A DNA stretch of 64,000 nt from Candidatus Falkowbacteria bacterium RIFOXYC2_FULL_36_12 (GTDB lineage: Bacteria > Patescibacteriota > Patescibacteriia > UBA11705). Made by a program: the position numbers and the translations under genes. The stretch lies in contig MFGJ01000008.1 in the NCBI GenBank assembly GCA_001778235.1, positions 61,313-125,312 of the forward strand, given 5' to 3'. Every line of letters starts with the position of its first letter. The stretch's first letter is position 1. This document shows positions 39,795 through 48,622 of this stretch, one piece after another. Below the pieces are notes generated by a model. The model ran no database searches and was not told the origin of the DNA. It was given only the letters and a program-made list of their open reading frames with translations.

Positions 39795-41591
39795 TCACTT
39801 CTTCTTCTCAATCTTCTGCTTAACTTCATCAATTAATTGTTCCAATTTCAAGCTTCTCTGTTCATCTTCTCCCTTTAATCTTACTTGAAATTCCCCACTC
39901 TCAATTTCCTTATCACCAATTACCAACATATATGGCACTTTTTCTTGTTCAGCTCTACGAATTTTATTTCCCACAGTTTCATTGCTCATATCCATCTCCA
40001 CACGAAAATTTTCTTTTTTAAATTGATCAGCCAGATCCATAACATATTGATGATGCTTTTCTCCAACTGAAATCAATTTTATCTGACATGGTGAGAGCCA
40101 AACTGGAAATAGACCAGTATAGTGTTCAATCAATAAACCAATAAATCTCTCAAACGAACCAAACAATGCCCGATGAAGCATGTACGGTCTTTCATTTTCA
40201 CCATCAGCATTTACAAAAGTCATATCAAATCTTTCTGGTAAATTAAAATCAAACTGCAAAGTTGAACATTGCCATTCTCTGCCAAGAGCATCTCTTACCT
40301 TGTAGTCAAGTTTTGGTCCATAAAAAGCTGCTTCACCATACTCTTTTTCATATTCAATACCAAGATCTTTTGCCACTTTTTCCAATAAATTCTCTGTAAA
40401 TTCCCAACCTTCATCATTACCTGCATACTTATCTTTATTCTTTGGATCGCGCAAAGACAAATAAATCTTGTATTTAGCAAAACCAAATGAATCAAAAATA
40501 AACTTGATAAAATTCGCCACCCGTTTCAATTCTTCTTCAACTTGTTCTTTACTACAAATAATATGCGCGTCATCTTGAGTAAAACCTCGAACTCGAGTCA
40601 ATCCAGACAATTCTCCTGACTTTTCATAACGATAAACCGTACCACATTCAGCCCATCGAAGTGGCAAATCTCGATAAGACCATTGTTCAGACTTGAAAAT
40701 CTGTACATGAAAAGGACAATTCATTGGTTTGAGTAAATATTCTTCCTTTAGACCTTCAACTTGAATTCCTTCTTGTGCTTCTTTTAATGATTTACTCACT
40801 TCTAAAACCGGATACATTGAATCATTATAAAAATTCCAATGGCCAGAAGTCTCCCAGAGCTCTCTTGACCCAATATGCGGACTTCTTACGAGCTGATAAC
40901 CATTCTCGAGATGTGCTTTGTACCAAAAATCTTCAATAATTCGCCAGAGCATTGCACCCTTTGGTTTCCAACAAACCAAACCTTGACCGACTTTTCGATC
41001 AATCAAAAACAAATTTTTTCCAATCACCCTATGATCTCTTTTTTCAGCTTCTTTCAACATTTCCACATAATTATTCAATTCTTCTTCAGTGGCAAAAGCC
41101 AACCCATAGATTCTCTGCAACATTTTATTTTTTTCATCTCCCCGCCAATAAGCACCTGCCAATTTCTGAAGTTTAAATGCTCCAATTTGATTAGTTGAGT
41201 CAACATGAGGACCTCGGCACATATCCTCAAACACAACATTCCCATTACCATCAATATTTTTATAAAAGCTGATTTCACTTTCTCCCTGTTTTTCCAATTC
41301 TTCAATTAACTCCAATTTATACGGATTGTTTTTCAATTTTTCTTTTGCTTCTTCAATAGTCAGTTTACAATTTTCAAATTTCTGATTATTGGCAACAATC
41401 TTTTTCATTTCTTTTTCAATTTTTTTCAAATCTTCTGGAATAAAAGATTTATCACCCAAATCAAAATCATAATAAAATCCATTATCAATATCTGGCCCAA
41501 TTGCCAATTTTGTTTCTGGATAAACTTTTAATACTGCTTGCGCCATAATATGAGCAAGCGAATGTCTCATTTTTTCTAAATTTTCATTCAT
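39795..41591 (-). CDS. thrS: Threonine--tRNA ligase
   Basis: RHSLAH, DMCRGPH, GAYWRGD, RDHR, KPMNCPFH, RVRGFTQDDAH, AAFYGPK, GSFERF. Confidence 0.99.
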   Translation of the reverse strand: MNENLEKMRHSLAHIMAQAVLKVYPETKLAIGPDIDNGFYYDFDLGDKSFIPEDLKKIEKEMKKIVANNQKFENCKLTIEEAKEKLKNNPYKLELIEELEKQGESEISFYKNIDGNGNVVFEDMCRGPHVDSTNQIGAFKLQKLAGAYWRGDEKNKMLQRIYGLAFATEEELNNYVEMLKEAEKRDHRVIGKNLFLIDRKVGQGLVCWKPKGAMLWRIIEDFWYKAHLENGYQLVRSPHIGSRELWETSGHWNFYNDSMYPVLEVSKSLKEAQEGIQVEGLKEEYLLKPMNCPFHVQIFKSEQWSYRDLPLRWAECGTVYRYEKSGELSGLTRVRGFTQDDAHIICSKEQVEEELKRVANFIKFIFDSFGFAKYKIYLSLRDPKNKDKYAGNDEGWEFTENLLEKVAKDLGIEYEKEYGEAAFYGPKLDYKVRDALGREWQCSTLQFDFNLPERFDMTFVNADGENERPYMLHRALFGSFERFIGLLIEHYTGLFPVWLSPCQIKLISVGEKHHQYVMDLADQFKKENFRVEMDMSNETVGNKIRRAEQEKVPYMLVIGDKEIESGEFQVRLKGEDEQRSLKLEQLIDEVKQKIEKKK

Positions 41592-41645
41592 ATAATTTAT
41601 ATTATAAATATTTTTTATCTAAGTTATATTATTCAATTTCTCTCA

Positions 41646-42200
41646 TGATAAAACCACGAACATGACCAAAATCGGAGCTTGCCTGCCGTAATCTTGATGA
41701 AGGCAAGTCTGGGGCGGTAATGCGCGCTACCAACATGGTAATTTGTCACCCTGAACTTGTTTCAGGGTATGATTCTACGCCCCTCACTTCTCACCCCTGA
41801 ACTAAATTCAGGGCAGGCTCTGAATCCTGTCTGCCGAAAGGCAGGTTGGTTCAGGATCTCCCAATTTGTCACCCTGAACTTGATTCAGGGTATGATTCTT
41901 CAAAATTCAAATTAATTTTTCCATTCCTTCCTCTAATGTCAATTCAGGAGACTCTGAAACAAGTTCAGAGTGACGGGACCACACACCACTCGTCATCCTG
42001 AACCCTACACTCGTCATCCTGAACCCTACACTCGTCATCCTGAACTTGTTTCAGGATCTCCGGGTACTGTTTTCAGGATCTCCCACTTGTCACCCTGAAT
42101 TTACTTGTCCATCGACTTGTCCGTCGAAGCTCCCAAAAGAGCGTAGTCGGAAGTTTTAACGAAGATGGATTTCAGGGTATAATTCTTCAAAATTCAAATC
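41646..42200. repeat. Cluster of REP-like (C/T)GTC + CCTGAA-N5-TTCAGG palindromes with nested micro-insertions and a 21-bp tandem repeat
   Basis: Units at about 41744, 41790, 41867, 41953, 42033 and 42088; CACTCGTCATCCTGAACCCTA tandem at 41987-42045; triple nesting at 42088-42177. Confidence 0.9.
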
Positions 42201-42216
42201 AAAACTTATACCCAAA

Positions 42217-42654
42217 CTACTTTTCCAAAATAAAGGTCGTCGGACCATCATTTATCAATTCAATTTGCATATATGACTGAAATTTGCCAGTAGCCACATG
42301 TAATCCTGTTTGCTCAAATTTTTTCACAAATTTTTCATACATTTCATTTGCTTTTTGTGCTTCTTCAGCCTGAAAAAAATCAGGTCGTCTTCCCTTGCTA
42401 CAATTCCCACTCAAAGTAAATTGAGAAACTATCATCACTTCTCCATTTATATCAATTAAACTTTTATCAAATTCACTTCCTTCTCCAGCAAATATCCGTA
42501 AATTTTTTATTTTATCAACCAAATAATCAATTTTATCATCTGTATCACCTTTATCAATTCCAAGTAAAATTAAAACTCCTTTGTTAATCTTACCAACAAT
42601 TTTTTCCTCAACCTTAACCACCGCTTCATTCACTCTTTGTAATACAACTTTCAT
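42217..42654 (-). CDS. dtd: D-aminoacyl-tRNA deacylase
   Basis: MKVVLQRV, LRIF, VSQFTL, KGRRP, NDGP.T. Confidence 0.97.
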   Translation of the reverse strand: MKVVLQRVNEAVVKVEEKIVGKINKGVLILLGIDKGDTDDKIDYLVDKIKNLRIFAGEGSEFDKSLIDINGEVMIVSQFTLSGNCSKGRRPDFFQAEEAQKANEMYEKFVKKFEQTGLHVATGKFQSYMQIELINDGPTTFILEK

Positions 42655-42663
42655 AAATTTAAT

Positions 42664-42895
42664 AAAAAAAGACTAAGAATACTTAGTCTTGGGGCCCTTC
42701 TAATCAGCTATCAGGATTACCTGACATCCGAAATTTCAACGAAGGGTGTTTCCACCCAAGTTTCTTGAATTACTCAAATCAATAATCCAAAACACTCAAT
42801 TTCTTCACTTGTTACGCAGTTTAGTTGATCTCTCAATCAATTTTCAAACCACAATAGTCTGAAAAAACAGCTTGGTAGTCTATTCAATCACTGCA
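42664..42895 (-). ncRNA. Putative T-box-like riboswitch leader with terminator upstream of dtd-thrS
   Basis: Promoter TTGACA(42924-29)-17-TATACT(42901-06). 10-bp stem III-like hairpin, then AAACUUGGG-UGGAAAC-ACCCUUC...GAAGGG-C-CCCAAG overlapping the terminator AAGACUAAG/CUUAGUCUU + U tract. Confidence 0.5.
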
Positions 42896-42947
42896 ATTTT
42901 AGTATAATATTTAATTTTAATCTTGTCAAATTTAACAACATACTTAA

Positions 42948-43500
42948 AGCATCGAACATGAACATCACGAGAGCCTGTGGGGATTCTGCACATAATCAAT
43001 CCCGTAATCTCAAAAGAACTTGCTTTAGCAAAATCAATCACTAACTTTAAACCCCACGAACCTGACGAACCTCGGGGCTTGCCTGCCGTAATCTTGATGA
43101 AGGCAGGTCTGGGGCGGCAATGCGCGCCACCAACATACTCACTTGTCACCCTGAACTTGTTTCAGGGTATAAACAATTCCTCTCGTGATAAAACCACGAA
43201 CACGGCAAGCCTCGGGGCTTGCCTGCCGTAATCTTGATGAAGGCAGGTCTGGGGGAATTCTGCATATAATCAAAACTTGCGTTAGCAAAACAATCACCTA
43301 ATTTATACCCCACGAATATGAAAAGCATCGGGGTCTGGGGTTTTCGTTGCTGTCATGAGCGCACAAAAGGGTGTTTAAAGGCATTCAATTAGAAAACCCC
43401 AGCGCTTTTGTTTCTTTTGCCTGCCTGCCGGTAGGCAGGGCGTCAAAAGAAATCGCAAAGCGAAATCAATCACTTAATCTCAAAAAAACCTGCTTTAGCA
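42948..43500. repeat. Tandem array of GGGG^TCTGGGG repeat units with and without 20/30-bp micro-insertions
   Basis: 30-bp insert at 43078-43107 and 43218-43247, empty site at 43330-43340, 20-bp insert at 43420-43439. Confidence 0.88.
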
Positions 43501-43593
43501 AAACAACAATTTACATTTAGATTTCATTAGTGGTCACTACATTCATTTGCTTCGCCTTTAAACGCAAACACCAGCTACTCTCTGGTAATTTTT

Positions 43594-43629
43594 AAAACAA
43601 AAAAGAGCTTTTCAGCTCTTTTTTGTTTT
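43594..43629. terminator. Intrinsic terminator
   Basis: AAAACAAAAAAGAGC-TTTTCA-GCTCTTTTTTGTTTT. Confidence 0.8.
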
Positions 43630-44761
43630 AATCTATTAATACTTCAATTGTAATATTGTCTATAATTGACGGCACACTTCTCACCCAAAACGGACTTAAT
43701 TTCACTTGAACATTTTCAATCTCATCAAAACTAGATAAATAAAGTTCAACACCCTTATCACTCAAACCAACGATTTTATCTTTATTTAATATCTCACTAT
43801 CTTCCCGTAAAACAGTCTCCGCTTCAGCGTGAATTTTTATACTAGCTGTTTTTTCCTCTGCATTATAATTTTGTACAACATATGTCAGATTCTCAATTTT
43901 CATTCTACCAAGTTCACTCTCTGGTGAAAGTTGTGTTCGAAGTCTTGTCGCTGCAATCGTTAATATCTCATCTTGAGCAATTCCAATCAGAGTTGCACTC
44001 ATTTTTTGTTTTACTTTGAAAGTATCAACAACATCATCTGCCCCAGCGCTGATTGTCTCCTCAATTATCTTTTTTGAAACCAAGACCGCAATATGATCTT
44101 TGCCCACTTCGTTTTTGAACTTCTCCACTGCATCTTCATAAAGCTTATTGGTCAGATCTTCTTTCGCTCTAGCAATATCAGATGCTTTTACAATTTTTAT
44201 TGAGGATCCACCACTTTTTAGAGTTGAATTACTTTCAGCATAAACTTCGACTTGCAATGATTCTGATAACCCTGGAATTGTAAATTTTGTCGGAGCCAAT
44301 GATTCAAAGTCCGCAGGATTATCTGCATAGACTTCAGCCGAGATCGAACCTCCGGCTGGTACATCTACTCTATTTTTCAATCGAAGCAACACCCCATCAA
44401 CAGAAAGCAATCTGGTTGTTGCCACCAATGGTTGACTTCTTGTTAATTTATTATAAATCATTACTTGTCCCAAAATATCTCCATCAACACTTTTTGAACC
44501 AGTAGCCTCAAATTCCATTTCCTTTTCAACTTCTGTTTCAAAAACAAACCCATTCAAACTCTCCCCTGTCACCTTATCACTTTGTGTTTCTATTCCAGCA
44601 ATAAAATCCGTTGTAGCCAACCCTTTTTTCGGAGTAATCTGAATCAAAGCCTTGCTGAATGTAAAATAAAAAATGACAAAAATAAGTGCGATTGAAAGAA
44701 TCACAAAAATCGCAATAAATTTAACATAATTTTTAGACACGCCAACTTTTTCACCACGCAT
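43628..44761 (-). CDS. Membrane-anchored hypothetical protein (baseplate-J-like beta-rich family seen in CPR; tentative)
   Basis: N-terminal TM, QPLVATTRLL..DG.L.RL..V.VPAG, FTIPGL, SPFWV..VP. Confidence 0.7.
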   Translation of the reverse strand: MRGEKVGVSKNYVKFIAIFVILSIALIFVIFYFTFSKALIQITPKKGLATTDFIAGIETQSDKVTGESLNGFVFETEVEKEMEFEATGSKSVDGDILGQVMIYNKLTRSQPLVATTRLLSVDGVLLRLKNRVDVPAGGSISAEVYADNPADFESLAPTKFTIPGLSESLQVEVYAESNSTLKSGGSSIKIVKASDIARAKEDLTNKLYEDAVEKFKNEVGKDHIAVLVSKKIIEETISAGADDVVDTFKVKQKMSATLIGIAQDEILTIAATRLRTQLSPESELGRMKIENLTYVVQNYNAEEKTASIKIHAEAETVLREDSEILNKDKIVGLSDKGVELYLSSFDEIENVQVKLSPFWVRSVPSIIDNITIEVLID

Positions 44762-44854
44762 AAAATACTAAGTTATGAATCTAACCAGTCCTCCTAGCCA
44801 TATTATACAAAATTTACAACAAATCAGCAATAAATTGCTCCTATCTGACACAAA

Positions 44855-47800
44855 TTACTGTTTAATTTTAACTGAATTTTTACCCAAAAGGTCACATATC
44901 GCTTGATCAAAACCAGGACAATATTTGACTTGAAAATTTGTTTTTATTGTCTTATCACCAACCTTGAAATATAGCCCATTTGTCCCTGGAAATCGCCTGA
45001 AAACCACTTTTACTCTTTCTGCTAATTCATGACTTCCACCTTTAGGGTAATCTATTAAAATATTTTTCTTTTCAAGTCTTCTTGGTTGAAAACCTTTTAT
45101 TTGATTTAATAATCCTTGCAAATTATCTTTTGTCACTTCCCAAACCATATTTGCCAATATTTTATCATCATCATCTTTATCACTCAAATTACCATTAACC
45201 ACAATAATTTTTTCTTCTACCAACATACTACCAATTTCTTGATATAATTTTGGGAAAATCAAAACTTCCAATCCAAACAAACTATTTTCAATCCGTACAA
45301 ACAACATTGGATCACCTTTTGCCGTAATTATTTTATGCACATTTGTTATTACTCCAGCAGTTAAAATTTGTTTTTCTCCATTTTTATTTCTTAGTTCAAC
45401 AATCTTATGAAGAGGAACTATAATATCTGAAAAATATGGCTCAAATTCTGTAAAAGGATGCTCCGTAACATATAATCCGAGAAATTCTTTCTCCCATGAT
45501 AAACGCTGTTCCTTGGTTGCTGGCTCTATTTCAAGCAATTGCAATTTTGGCAACCCACTTTGTCCCTTTGTTGCAAATAAATTGGTCTGGACAGTTGTTC
45601 TTTCTCTCTCAACTTCTTTGATAAACAATAATATCCTATCAATATTTTCCAAGATTCTATTTCTCTCCTCAAAATTATCCAGAGCTCCACTTTTAGCTAA
45701 ACCTTCAAGTGATTTTTTATTAAAATCTTTTGATTGAATTCGTAGCAGTAAATCTTCAAAATCAGCGAAAACACCCTTTTCTCTTCTATTTTTTATAATA
45801 ACTTTTGCAATATTTTCTCCAAAATTTCTAATTGCCTGTAAACCAAAACGGATTGTCGGATTATTAGTCTTCAGTGAATCAGCTACCACAGTAAAAGTAC
45901 GAAAACTCTCATTGATGTCAGGCGGTAAAACCTCAATGCCCATTTGTTTACATTCATCAATCTCAATCGCCACTCTATCCATATTCTCCTGATCGCTGGT
46001 CAGAAGTGAAGCCATAAATTCAGCTGGATAATTTGCCTTGAGATAAGCAGTTTGATACGAAATCAAAGCATAGCAAGCAGCATGAGACTTATTAAATCCA
46101 TATTCTGCAAACTTCTCCATACTGGCAAAAGTGTCTTCAGCTAATCTCTTTGGCAATTTATTTTTTTCACAACCAGCAACAAACTCTACTTTCATTTTAG
46201 CCATCAAATCGGCGATTTTTTTTCCCATAGCCTTACGCAAAGTATCAGCTTGACCGCCAGTAAACCCAGCCATATCTTTTGACAACTGCATCACTTGCTC
46301 TTGATAAACAATTACTCCATAAGTATTTTTCAGAGACTCCTCCATTATTTTGTGAGCAAAGACTATTTCTTTTCGACCATGTTTACGATCAATAAATTCA
46401 TCAACCATGCCCGAATTCAATGGACCTGGACGATACAAAGCGACCATCGCCACCAAATCTTCAAATTGAGTTGGTTTTAATTTTCTTAAATACTTTTTCA
46501 TTCCACTTGATTCAAATTGAAAAACTCCGGTTGTCTTACCTTCTTGAAACAACTTATAAGTTTTTTCATTATCAAGCTCAATATTATCCAAATCAATTTT
46601 TTTACCGTGAATTTTATAAATAACTTCAAGTGCATGTTCAATAATCGTCAGATTTTTCAACCCGAGAAAATCCATTTTCAATAAACCAAGATCTTCAACC
46701 GGATGCAATGAATATTGAGAAACAACATCATTTTCTCCAGTTGCAGAATATTGAATTGGAGTATATTCAGTCAAAACTTTCGGAGTAATCAACACTCCGC
46801 AAGCATGAGTTGAACTATGTCTTGCCACTCCTTCAAGTTTTCTGGAAAAATTCAACAATCTTTTAGCATCAGAATTGGATTCATACAACTCTTTCAATTC
46901 AACAGTTTGATTTATTGCCGTATCAATTGTCATACCCATAGGAATCAATTTTGCCACTTTATCACAAAATGAATACGGTACATCTAACACCCGACCAACA
47001 TCTCGTACTGCCGCTCGCGCCGCCATTGTCCCAAAAGTTATAATTTGGGAAACATGATCTTTACCATATTTTTCTTCAACATATCGAATAACATCCACTC
47101 TCCTCACATCACCAAAATCAGTATCAATATCAGGCATAGATACTCGATCAGGATTTAAAAATCTTTCAAACAATAAATCATATTTCAATGGTTCTAAATT
47201 TGTTATCTGTGTCAAATAAGCCACCAGACTTCCAGCTGCTGAACCACGCCCCGGACCAACAAGTATATTATTATTCTTTGCCCAAGTAATAAAATCCTGG
47301 GTGATTAAAAAATAAGCAGCATAACCAGTTTTTTCAATCACCGACAATTCATAATTCATCCTGTCAACAATCTTTTTTTCCTCATCTGATTCAGGCTTAT
47401 CAGCCTCAAAGCCATATCTTTTTTGCATCCCCTTTTTACACTCTGTAACCAAGGCATCAAATGGCGACCTACCTTCAGGCAAATCAAAAACCGGTAACTG
47501 AATTTCTCCCAACTTGATTTCAACATTACACATTTCAGCAACTTTTATTGTATTTTCAACAACCTCTGGATTTGCTCGAAAATTATCAACCATCTGCTGC
47601 GATGTATACATTGAAAAATCTTCCCCCAAATAACTCATTCTATTTTCATCGGTAATTTTTTTCTTCGTCTGCAAACAAATCAAAATATCATGAGCTTCAG
47701 CATCTTCAGTATTTAAATAATGCACATCATTTGTCGCCACAATCGGAATATCCAATTTTTTCCCAATTTTGAATATCGCATCATTTACAATCTTTTGTTT

Positions 47801-48340
47801 TGCTAAGTTTGGATGATGCTGAACTTCCAAATAATAATTTCCTTTGCCAAACAACTCTAAATATTTTTCTGCAACTTTTTCTGCTTCTTCGATTGTTCGA
47901 TTCAAAATCGCATTGGCGATTTCTCCTGCTTGACAAGCAGACAAACATATCAATCCTTCTTTATATTTATTTAAAAGTTCCCAATCAATTCTTGGTTTAT
48001 AATAAAATCCTTCAATATGAGCAATTGAAGTCAACTTGATTAAATTCTTATACCCTTGATTATTCTTTGCTAACAAAATTACATGAAATCTTTTTTCTTT
48101 TGATGAATCTTTTACTTTCAAACCATGTTCGGCAATATAGGCTTCCACTCCAATTATTGGTTTTATACCTGCCTTATTACACTTTTGATAAAATTCAATC
48201 ACGCCATACATCACGCCATGATCAGTCAATGCCAAAGCAGGCATACTGTCTTCAGTTGCCTTCTGTACCAAATCATCAATTTTTGCCAAACCATCAAGCA
48301 AACTATAATGACTGTGAACATGTAGGTGTACAAATTTCAT
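44855..48340 (-). CDS. dnaE: DNA polymerase III alpha subunit
   Basis: FVHLHVHSHYSLLDG (PHP), GPGRGSAAGS, MPDIDTD, KMDFLGL, YGFNKSHA. Confidence 0.99.
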   Translation of the reverse strand: MKFVHLHVHSHYSLLDGLAKIDDLVQKATEDSMPALALTDHGVMYGVIEFYQKCNKAGIKPIIGVEAYIAEHGLKVKDSSKEKRFHVILLAKNNQGYKNLIKLTSIAHIEGFYYKPRIDWELLNKYKEGLICLSACQAGEIANAILNRTIEEAEKVAEKYLELFGKGNYYLEVQHHPNLAKQKIVNDAIFKIGKKLDIPIVATNDVHYLNTEDAEAHDILICLQTKKKITDENRMSYLGEDFSMYTSQQMVDNFRANPEVVENTIKVAEMCNVEIKLGEIQLPVFDLPEGRSPFDALVTECKKGMQKRYGFEADKPESDEEKKIVDRMNYELSVIEKTGYAAYFLITQDFITWAKNNNILVGPGRGSAAGSLVAYLTQITNLEPLKYDLLFERFLNPDRVSMPDIDTDFGDVRRVDVIRYVEEKYGKDHVSQIITFGTMAARAAVRDVGRVLDVPYSFCDKVAKLIPMGMTIDTAINQTVELKELYESNSDAKRLLNFSRKLEGVARHSSTHACGVLITPKVLTEYTPIQYSATGENDVVSQYSLHPVEDLGLLKMDFLGLKNLTIIEHALEVIYKIHGKKIDLDNIELDNEKTYKLFQEGKTTGVFQFESSGMKKYLRKLKPTQFEDLVAMVALYRPGPLNSGMVDEFIDRKHGRKEIVFAHKIMEESLKNTYGVIVYQEQVMQLSKDMAGFTGGQADTLRKAMGKKIADLMAKMKVEFVAGCEKNKLPKRLAEDTFASMEKFAEYGFNKSHAACYALISYQTAYLKANYPAEFMASLLTSDQENMDRVAIEIDECKQMGIEVLPPDINESFRTFTVVADSLKTNNPTIRFGLQAIRNFGENIAKVIIKNRREKGVFADFEDLLLRIQSKDFNKKSLEGLAKSGALDNFEERNRILENIDRILLFIKEVERERTTVQTNLFATKGQSGLPKLQLLEIEPATKEQRLSWEKEFLGLYVTEHPFTEFEPYFSDIIVPLHKIVELRNKNGEKQILTAGVITNVHKIITAKGDPMLFVRIENSLFGLEVLIFPKLYQEIGSMLVEEKIIVVNGNLSDKDDDDKILANMVWEVTKDNLQGLLNQIKGFQPRRLEKKNILIDYPKGGSHELAERVKVVFRRFPGTNGLYFKVGDKTIKTNFQVKYCPGFDQAICDLLGKNSVKIKQ

Positions 48341-48548
48341 ATTTGCAAATAAATTACCTTCTTCAACCTACCTCGCCTAATCCGGCTCCGTTCGGTCTAA
48401 TCTCACGGTCGAAGGCTAGACAGAATCTTTATCTTTCTCGCTTCCAATTTTAACACATTTTACCCAGACACTCTAATAACCCAACTATCCCCAACCATTT
48501 TATCTAATTTTAGTCAAAAAAAACACCCCCCTTAAAAAATTAATTTGA

Positions 48549-48598
48549 TTGACAAATTTTATTTTTTATGCTAATTTTAGATGAAATGTTCCTTACAA
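48549..48598 (+). promoter_or_regulatory. Promoter of the Ubl operon with boxA-like motif
   Basis: TTGACA(48549)-17-TAATTT with extended TG; TGTTCCTTACAA at 48587-48598; SD AAGGAG before ATG at 48623. Confidence 0.65.
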
Positions 48599-48622
48599 CT
48601 AAACCCACAGAAAGGAGCCAAA

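Noticed and set aside
42880-43328. ORFs 42880-43149, 42977-43231, 43146-43328 (also 11418-11792, 22467-22718, 54936-55157)
   Set aside because: These are translations of the repeat elements (PAVILMKAG, PAYRQAG, LNLFQG), not credible genes.
41646-43465. CRISPR array
   Set aside because: Repeats are palindromic, irregularly spaced, nested and in both orientations; there are no constant-length unique spacers and no cas genes.
43628-44761. Phage baseplate gene indicating a prophage
   Set aside because: Solitary, membrane-anchored and next to dnaE, with no other tail genes.
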